A stretch of DNA of 64,000 nucleotides, from assembly GCF_006345805.1 (NCBI RefSeq), contig NC_043009.1, positions 45,508,001-45,572,000 on the forward strand, written 5' to 3'. The stretch comes from Octopus sinensis. Taxonomy: Eukaryota. A program made the position numbers and the translations under genes. Position 1 is the stretch's first letter. Every line of letters starts with the position of its first letter. Shown here piece after piece: positions 55,321-64,000 of this stretch. A model generated the notes under the pieces. It was given only the letters and a program-made list of their open reading frames with translations. It was not told the DNA's origin and searched no databases.

Positions 55321-55716
55321 GAGCCGATGAAGGAATAGGTATAACGTGTGTTCATCCCTATATGTGTGTGTGTATGTATGTGTTGGTGTATGTGTGTGTT
55401 TGTGGGTGTGTTTGTGTGTGTGTGTATGTGTTTGTGCTATTTTTATCTCCCCCTCATAATATGTAAATTGTTGGAGATATAAAAAAAAAATTCTTCATCT
55501 CTGCAGAGAACTGAAACACTTGTTGATAAGAAAAAAGAAACAAATTGAATAAATGTCAAAACAGCATCTATTTCGAATTACTCGATATTTCGAATATATT
55601 CGAAATATGTATTTCGAATATATTAATATAATATATACATCCAGAGGCAGAGAGAGAGAGAGGGGGGAGAGGGAGAGGAAGACAGAATTAGATTGACATA
55701 ATATTTGTATAGATGG

Positions 55717-55761
<45 letters not shown>

Positions 55762-55773
55762 CATACATTCATA

Positions 55774-55867
<94 letters not shown>

Positions 55868-55881
55868 CTATATATATATTC

Positions 55882-55963
<82 letters not shown>

Positions 55964-55972
55964 CATACAGAC

Positions 55973-56046
<74 letters not shown>

Positions 56047-56070
56047 TTAGATAGATAGATAGATAGATAA
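55070..56070. repeat. Microsatellite cluster (CA, TA, TATC, GA, GATA)
   Basis: Directly visible. Confidence 0.9.
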
Positions 56071-57808
56071 TTCTCTTTATGACGAGCCTTTATAGTTAAG
56101 ATTCATTATATATTCATCTCGCATACCAGTGCAACATCATAAATGTTTAGTAAAACCCCATTGATGTAGGTTTTCCTTGAGAATTATAAATATTTATTCT
56201 ACTGACAATGTATAATTAAAATTGAAAAACTATCAAGAAGTGATTCAAAACAAATCTCGATACTGCAATATCTTTAAATAGCTCTTCCATCAAACTTGCT
56301 TATAAATCTACGTTAATCTACGTCAGAAACCGTTTTTTTTCCTATTCCTCTCCACTGATATAGTGAATGTTTTTGTTTTCTTTCTGTTTTTGCCTTCAAA
56401 CATCATATTTCCCTTCTTTCACTTAGTATCAAAAGTGGTGTCTAGCTTTTCGAAATCAATATTGAATTAATACTGTGAAATCTTCATGTAAGTACTCACA
56501 TTGTTTTCATCCGACTACCCCTTATTTGGAAGACTTGTAATTTAGGATTTTCTACTCCTCATTATCCACTTTTATTTTCAAATGCAGTGTCTGTGTTTGG
56601 CCTTTTTCTGTAGATACATAAAAGATTAAAAGATACGATAGAAATCTGTTAAACATGAAAACACATTTAGCTGGCAAACAGTATCGCAATGATGATGTCC
56701 TATCTGCTCTTTCCAGTAATTAATTCTGAAGTCACCATTGAACAGTTAGATACTAGTTTAACGGGAAAGAAACAATGGCAGTTATTAAGAAGAATAGTTG
56801 AAATTAATGTATGCAAGACTACAGCTCTAGTATCACTCTTTCATAACCTATGTACATTTCAGCCCACCTTCGTTTATCAGATGTAATAATTGAGAAATTG
56901 ATGTATCACCAAACGAATAACAACATTTGTATGAACATTTATGTCGGTTTTAGTTAACTTCATGTCATCTTTATTTACTCCTTTAAATCATGCAGTGCAT
57001 CGAAAGATTTCTATTTTCCAGTTCACACTGGAACATTGAAAGAAAGGTAGAAAATGAGCTTTGACGCAGTTTAAAAAAGAATATTTGCATTTCTTTTTTC
57101 GATGCACACTTTCGTGATTTTCAAATGCAAGGTTTGGCGGAAGGGCATAGGGCTATGCAATATTTTTTCCCTCTGACTTTTTTTCACGCTGATATTTTCA
57201 CTTGTTCGAAAATTTGCCATAATATAGAATGATTCTGGCTGAAATTTCATTGTTTTAAGCTGATCCCAACATCAAAGGTTCGTGTCATTGTATAAACGAT
57301 AGTTGCGCTAGAAGTATTATTAGGTCAGGGAATATGTCATGTGGCAGCACGCATTATTTCTGCGTATTAGTTTACGTGACAGCATGACCAATAATTGTGC
57401 GTGAAGCGAAGGTTGTATTAATCAGGTCTATCTGTCAGGCGTAAGCCTTAAGCCACAGGTTGTCAGAATCGGTAAATGTAGCAAAATGGTTTACAAGCCT
57501 GCGCATAAGCGTGTATGTGAATTTCTATTATAGAATGTAATTCAAACTTAAGGTTCGTCCATTTCTCATCAACTTTAAAAACCAAGAAATTTCCCGAAAA
57601 GAGAAATAAATATATGTAGTTGTTTTAAGGAATAAGTGGTTTATTAAAAAGTATTTTATCTTTACCCACAAGTACGTGCATTCACACACACAATGGTTCA
57701 CATACAAACATATTTATGGGTATAGAACGTTGTATAAATATATAGGCATGTATGTATGTATGTATATATGTCTCTCTCTCTCCCTCTTTCTCTCTCTCTC
57801 TATCTCTG

Positions 57809-57840
<32 letters not shown>

Positions 57841-58201
57841 TTATATATATATAAATATATATATATAATATAAAATATTACGGAATAAATACAAACTTAC
57901 AGGGAAAAATCAGATTTAGGATTAAATCCAATTTTATAGTATAAATATATTATATTATATTATATTAAATTAGAGATAAAACCACTATTAGGCAAATCAA
58001 ACAGTGAAAAACATAAGCCAATACATAAAATTAATTTAATTTATATTATTTAATAAAAGATAAAGATACTCTTTATCTTTTATTAAACTTTTAATACTTT
58101 TGATATATATTTAAAATAATATAAATTAAATAATTTTATGTATTGGCTTATGTTTTTCCCTGTTTGATTTGCCTAAAGTGGTTAATCTCTAATTTAATAT
58201 A

Positions 58202-58244
<43 letters not shown>

Positions 58245-58282
58245 CTAGGTGTTTCCATTATTTTGTCCAACGCCTGTATACA

Positions 58283-58354
<72 letters not shown>

Positions 58355-58364
58355 TGGTGCAAAC

Positions 58365-58660
58365 GTGAGTAGGTAAGAATGATTCAGGTCCACTGTGTTG
58401 CATACCTAGGGCCAGTCTTATCCACAATAGGCCTGGGCTATAGGAGGTCTTCTGTACTCTCGTTTCATTAGATGGACTGAAAGAAGCCCGTCGTATACTT
58501 ATATACATATACATATATATGTATATATATGTATATGTATGTATGTATGTTTGTATGTCTGTTTATCCCCTGTCATCGTTTGACAACCGATGTTGTTGTG
58601 TTTATATCCCCGTAACTTAGCAGTTCGGCAAAACAGGTATGGAATAAGTACTAGGCTTGT
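58365..58660 (+). mobile_element. SINE family B, diverged
   Basis: ACTGAAAGAAGCCCGTCGTAT...TTGACAACCGATG...CCCCGTAACTTAGCAGTTCGGCAAAA...AATAAGTACTAGGCTT. Confidence 0.75.
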
Positions 58661-58727
58661 GCATATCAATAAATATCAGACATACTTATATAAGCATGTT
58701 TATGTTTATAGAAACATACATATACGC

Positions 58728-58758
<31 letters not shown>

Positions 58759-58837
58759 TGTATGTATGTATGTAGTATGTATGATGTATGTATCATCATC
58801 TATCTATCTATCTATAATTATATATATATATATATAT

Positions 58838-58869
<32 letters not shown>

Positions 58870-58948
58870 TGCGTATATATTTGTTTCTATTAACATATAC
58901 ATGCATATACATATACATACATGCATACATAGGTACGTATATATATAT

Positions 58949-59003
<55 letters not shown>

Positions 59004-59012
59004 AATATAAGG

Positions 59013-59043
<31 letters not shown>

Positions 59044-59052
59044 AATATAAGG

Positions 59053-59088
<36 letters not shown>

Positions 59089-59120
59089 TTTATTTAAAGC
59101 AGCAGAAAATTCAACAAAAT

Positions 59121-59158
59121 CTGTTACTCTGAGTTTCTCGTTGCCGTTCATCAGACAG
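59121..59158 (-). ncRNA. Minimal type I hammerhead ribozyme motif, copy A (core intact)
   Basis: Minus strand CUGU-CUGAUGA-ACG GCAA CGA-GAAA-CUCAGAG-UA-ACAG. Confidence 0.65.
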
Positions 59159-59190
59159 TCCTTGCTAGAATGGAACCGATATATCAATTC

Positions 59191-59361
59191 TACAGGCATG
59201 GAGCTTACAAATATAATTTCAAGTGCAAGCTTTGCTTATTAGAAAAAATGCACATATTATTCAAAGACAATAATTCTTTGAATCAAAGAAGTGAGTTAAT
59301 GAACTTATGTAGGCACGCGGCTAAATTTAAAATGTCGAATATAAATATACCATATGGATAG
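59191..59361 (+). pseudogene. C-terminus of PLE GIY-YIG endonuclease (5'-truncated)
   Basis: [12 protein letters not shown]...LNQRSELMNLCRH matches the CxxCLxEK...LNxRxELxxxCRH terminus of marine-invertebrate PLE ORFs. Confidence 0.7.
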
Positions 59362-60383
59362 AGTATATATTTTGTATTTTGATTTTTGATTTTGATTTTG
59401 ACTCTTAAGCGCTACGACGGATCTATAGCAAAGTCTTATTGTTTCTACTATATATTAGGAAAAACCTACAAACTTTGTTTTCATGTTATTGTATTGCATA
59501 GGATTACCTTGATTATTATATTACCTTGATTATTTATAAATGACCCAAAATAGGATGTTATATTTTATTTTATATGTCTTTCGTATATATTTATTAATGC
59601 ACCCATTTTTTTTTTTTTTTTAAAAGCAATGTTTTTTTAAAAAAAGCAATGTTGTCAATTTAGAATGTTTATATAAGTTTGTGTATAGCAAAGCATATGT
59701 ATTTGTAAGCATGCGTATCTGTGTATGTGTAAGTGAAAGTATGCTTGTGCTTAAGCACGCATACACACGACGGTATGTATATGTATCAATTCAAACTTGT
59801 GTATGTATACTGGCCTCTATAGATGCCAATAACATCGCTACAAGTTTTCCCCCCCCCCCCCTCTTTCGTTCCTTTTTCTCTCTTTCCCTTTCTTTCGTTC
59901 CCCCTCCTTGCTCAGTATATGAGAATTGCTACATAGATGAATTTTAGCTTGCGTGCGAGACGGTTTGCGTGAATATATGTACACATGCTTTTATGTGTAT
60001 AATTTAGATTCATATTCATACGTCTGTTATGTATGTATGGCGTTTACGCGCATCCTTTTGTGTATGTTGATATATATATGTGGATTTTAATATAAATATG
60101 TATTGCAGTATTTATAACAGGTTTAATTTCTATGCATTAATTTGTACTGTCTTCATTACGGCAATAGGTTTTTTCCTCGGTTTTTTCCTCGGATTTTATA
60201 ATTTTTATAATTTTTATAAGTTTTTTTATATATATATACATATATTTTTGACCTTTTTGTTTATCGCTCGAAGATTGACCGTTTTTTCTAAAGGGCCAAT
60301 CAAACAAGTCCATTTCTTTTTAAAGGTGTAGCGTTTGTAAGAGTATAGATTGAATTAATATATATGTTCCATTCTAGCAAAAA

Positions 60384-60421
60384 CTGTCTGATGAACGGCA
60401 ACGAGGAGCTCAGAGTAACAG
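60384..60421 (+). ncRNA. Hammerhead motif copy B (GAAA mutated to GGAG; likely inactive)
   Basis: CTGT-CTGATGA-ACGGCAACGA-GGAG-CTCAGAG-TA-ACAG. Confidence 0.5.
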
Positions 60422-60913
60422 ATTTTGTTGAGTTTTCTGCTGCTTGGAATGAAGTGTATATGTATGTATGAATTTTAGCTTGCGTGCGAGACGGTTTGCG
60501 TGAATATATGTACACATGCTTTTATGTGTATAATTTAGATTCATATTCATACGTCTGTATATGTATGTATGGCGTTTACGCGCATCCTTTTGTGTATGTT
60601 GATATATATATGTGGATTTTAATATAAATATGTATTGCAGTATTTATAACAGGTTAATTTCTATGCATTAATTTGTACTGTCTTCATTACGGCAATAGGT
60701 TTTTTCCTCGGTTTTTTCCTCGGATTTTATAATTTTTATAATTTTTATAAGTTTTTTATATATATATACATATATTTTTGACCTTTTTGTTTATCGCTCG
60801 AAGATTGACCGTTTTTTCTAAAGGGCCAATCAAACAAGTCCATTTCTTTTTAAAGGTGTAGCGTTTGTAAGAGTATAGATTGAATTAATATATATGTTCC
60901 ATTCTAGCAAAAA

Positions 60914-60951
60914 CTGTCTGATGAACGGCAACGAGGAGCTCAGAGTAACAG
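60914..60951 (+). ncRNA. Hammerhead motif copy C (duplicate of B; likely inactive)
   Basis: Identical to copy B over the motif. Confidence 0.5.
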
Positions 60952-61061
60952 ATTTTGTTGGTTTTCTGCTGCTTGGAATGAAGTGTATATGTATGTATGT
61001 ATATATGTGTATATATGTATATATATATATATGTGTGTGTGTATATATGTATATATATATA

Positions 61062-61109
<48 letters not shown>

Positions 61110-61218
61110 TATGTATATATGTGTATATATATATATATGTGTATATGTGTATATATATATATATATGTGTATATATGTATATACGCTTTATTTGGAGCAG
61201 CAGAAAGTTCAACAGGGT

Positions 61219-61256
61219 CTGTTGCTCTGAGTTTCTCGTTGCCGTTCATCAGACGG
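61219..61256 (-). ncRNA. Hammerhead motif copy D (GUA cleavage triplet changed to GCA)
   Basis: Minus strand CCGU-CUGAUGA-ACGGCAACGA-GAAA-CUCAGAG-CA-ACAG. Confidence 0.5.
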
Positions 61257-61325
61257 TTTTTGCTAGAATGGAACCGATATATCAATTCAATCGGAATTGA
61301 TATATCGGTTCCATTCTAGCAAGGA

Positions 61326-61363
61326 CTGTCTGATGAACGGCAACGAGAAACTCAGAGTAACAG
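61326..61363 (+). ncRNA. Minimal type I hammerhead ribozyme motif, copy E (core intact)
   Basis: Stem I CTGT(61326-29)/ACAG(61360-63), CTGATGA 61330-36, stem II with GCAA tetraloop, GAAA 61347-50, near-palindromic stem III ACTCAGAGT, GTA triplet 61357-59. Confidence 0.68.
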
Positions 61364-61465
61364 ATTTTGTTGAATTTTCTGCTGCTTTAAATAAAGCATA
61401 TTACTCTACCACTGGTATTTGAGTACTCTTTTTTCCACCTTGTTTCACATTTATGTGTTTACTCC

Positions 61466-61504
<39 letters not shown>

Positions 61505-61519
61505 TATATATACACACAC

Positions 61520-61550
<31 letters not shown>

Positions 61551-62033
61551 ATATATATATATATATATTATATATATATGTATGTATGTATATATGTATA
61601 TATGTATACATACATACATACACACACAAGTTCAAAAAACACACTGACACGCAGATAAATATGTTTGTATACGTTTGTTCGCACGGACGCTTAGTATCAA
61701 GGAAATAATTGAATAAATAAATATAGAAACAATGCAGAATCGATAGACTGAGTTAACTTAATAAAACTAACTCTGTCCGTCGGAAAATAATTCTAAAGCA
61801 ACATTACTAATAATTCACAGGAGAGGTGTTGTTTTGTTGTAAAGCCTCGATCAGTCATAGAGAAATAAAAAGTGATTTTTATACTATAAATCAACATTAT
61901 GTTGAGTAATTGTCTAAAGTAATATAATGTTATGTTGAAGTCAGAGATATTTATAGTAAAATATTAAATATTTTAAAAATAATTTCAGCAGTTTGGTTTG
62001 TATCCACACAGGGACATAAAACGCATATATATC

Positions 62034-62127
<94 letters not shown>

Positions 62128-62263
62128 CATAGCACACTTATCTATCTTTCCCTCTATATCCCTGTCTCTGTCTGGCTGTGTATCTCTTGTATCACTCTCA
62201 GATTATACATACTAGCACAGACGTAAACACAAACACAGTATGATCCACAGAATGTTCATATCA

Positions 62264-62420
62264 CAGGCGTGGCTGTGTGGTAAGCTTGTTTGTATTCATA
62301 TCTTTCTGGATTCAGTCTCAGTGCGTGGCTTCTTGGGCATGTGTCTTTTACTATAGCTTCGCGCCACCCAAAACCTTTTGAGTAGATTTGGTAGACGGAA
62401 ACTGAAAGAATCCACCCGTC
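62264..62420 (+). mobile_element. SINE family B 5' half, diverged
   Basis: GTGGCTGTGTGGTAAG...CTTGGGCATGTGTCTTTTACTATAGC...GATTTGGTAGACGGAAACTGAAAGAA. Confidence 0.78.
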
Positions 62421-62497
62421 TATCTGTCTGTCTTTCTCTGTGATTATATATATATTATATATATATATACACACACATATATATATATATAGATATA

Positions 62498-62532
<35 letters not shown>

Positions 62533-64000
62533 TATATATATTTAGTGTAGGAAGTATGTATGTATTTATGCTTGTTCGAAAAGTTTTACATTAAGAAAGT
62601 CTAGCAATTGCCAACGAATTTAAATCTCATCTCACTACACCACCACGACTCCAATGTCATCCCAGAAGAAAGAAGCCACGTTGAGGTAGATACATTTTGG
62701 TACTAGTATCAATATGATCCTACTCGACCGTGCATCGGAAAGTCACATCTTAATATTTCAGGTCCAATAACTTTTTCCCAGAACTTTACAGACCCTCTTC
62801 TTCACCCTACTCTCATGATCCAGAGACAAGTACAGGCAAAGCAAAATGTCATGTGTCAATACGGATTGCAGGTTAAGGAATGAGGGAGCGTCGTGTTCTC
62901 ATGCAAATGCTAATGATCTACAAAATGTTCAATGCCGTTGCTTGCATATCTGGTTTTATATCAGAGTGACCTTCTAGAAACACGCCTTTACAAAAGCTAA
63001 GCGATACCTCACTACCAGTGACCTCCCAGTAGGCCGGATACCAATCCGGAATAACTGAGAGTCAGAGTTATCGCTGGATAGTCGTTTTACGTACGCTACG
63101 TTCATCCGTCCTTTCGACAGGTCTTGTCTTTCGTTCCGCTGGGTTTCAAGCAATAGTCCTCACCAGACAAGCCTAGTTTAAATGCCGGTTTAGTCGCTAA
63201 CGACCCGACCATTAAATGGGTATTACTGGACTCCATGCTACAAGTAGCATTTATAAAAAAACTTGACAAAAGGCCTCTCACACACACACATATATATACA
63301 CGCTCACATATAAACACATAGACATGTAAGTATATATATATATGTATACACACACAGACACAGACGCACACACATACATATTTCACTGGAATCATGCAAG
63401 CGATGCTTGTCATAAATACTTAGATTCATTCTTGTTTTCAATTTTTTGCACTAATGCCTAATGTAATTTTTTATGACTAAATCCGAACAGTAAGTCTAGC
63501 AACCATAAACTTGGTTTATCTACACTGGCTTAATACTGAAGGAGGTAGGAATTATGTGTCAAAGGTCGCTGTAGTAGAAGCCCGCCTGTTAGAATATTGA
63601 AGATTTATTTGATTGGAATCCTAGTTTTAAATTTTAAAACCAAATAACAACGAGTATATTATCTCATATAAAAGCATGCTAATGGTATTAAACTGATCAA
63701 CTGTACTACACACGAGGCGCAGTATTTCTCTGCAGTATTTCTCAATTTATCTTTCATATCTGTCCATTTAAAATTTCGAATAGAAATGATGGAAGCCGGT
63801 ACCATATGGTTTTGAAGACAACTTTTTAACCATACCACAAAATGTTCCAAAGATTGAACATTTTGCTATAGAGAAATTTCCGATTAATGTAACAATCTTT
63901 CAGTCAGCAATTCTTCTACTTTTCTATTCTAAATTGAGGGATCGTACTTCGTGATAATAGAAAGTCAGAGGCATTGGAAATCTCGTCATAGGTGCACTGT

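Larger units (their letters stand above)
59939..61000. repeat. Head-to-tail tandem duplication, about 531-bp unit, including a pLTR
   Basis: GAATTTTAGCTTGCGTGCGAGACGG at 59939 and 60470; copies differ by a few 1-nt indels. Confidence 0.92.
59088..61448. mobile_element. Composite Penelope-like element 3' end with direct and inverted terminal repeats (pLTRs)
   Basis: Inverted repeat 59088-59190, GIY-YIG C-terminus, 3' UTR, direct repeats at about 60345 and 60875, head-to-head pair 61185-61397, tail to 61448; each repeat carries a hammerhead motif. Confidence 0.75.

Noticed and set aside
56650-57290. Possible mariner fragments (NMKTHLAGKQYRNDD)
   Set aside because: Only about 15 residues of resemblance; too decayed to delimit
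59540-59580. ATGA…AAAA…GA as a SECIS in the PLE 3' UTR
   Set aside because: The stem between the quartet and the AA loop is far too short
62640-63050. RRVLMQMLMIYKMFN, like a CR1/L2 LINE C-terminus
   Set aside because: A single weak motif; not enough to call

Overview
AT-rich, microsatellite-dense eukaryotic DNA with no convincing host exon, rRNA or tRNA gene. The repeat content suggests an octopod cephalopod; this is an inference from repeat-family resemblance, not a database hit. The window is a patchwork of mobile elements: (i) a young, 5'-truncated Tx1/L1-clade LINE (29213-32533) between two (TATC)n arrays, plus an old copy of the same family (44340-45845); (ii) several Penelope-like element (PLE) relics; (iii) R4/Dong LINE, Tc1 and mariner fragments; (iv) three tRNA-derived SINE families; (v) at least six foldback/MITE elements; (vi) three near-identical head-to-tail duplications. 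Most listed ORFs are microsatellite artefacts. The most interesting locus is 59088-61448, a PLE 3' end with five copies of a minimal type I hammerhead ribozyme motif in both orientations. It includes a 104-bp-arm hairpin (61185-61397) whose 10 arm-to-arm differences are all G opposite T on the + strand. Eight are demonstrably derived A>G changes, as expected if an ADAR-hyper-edited RNA was reverse-transcribed back into the genome.
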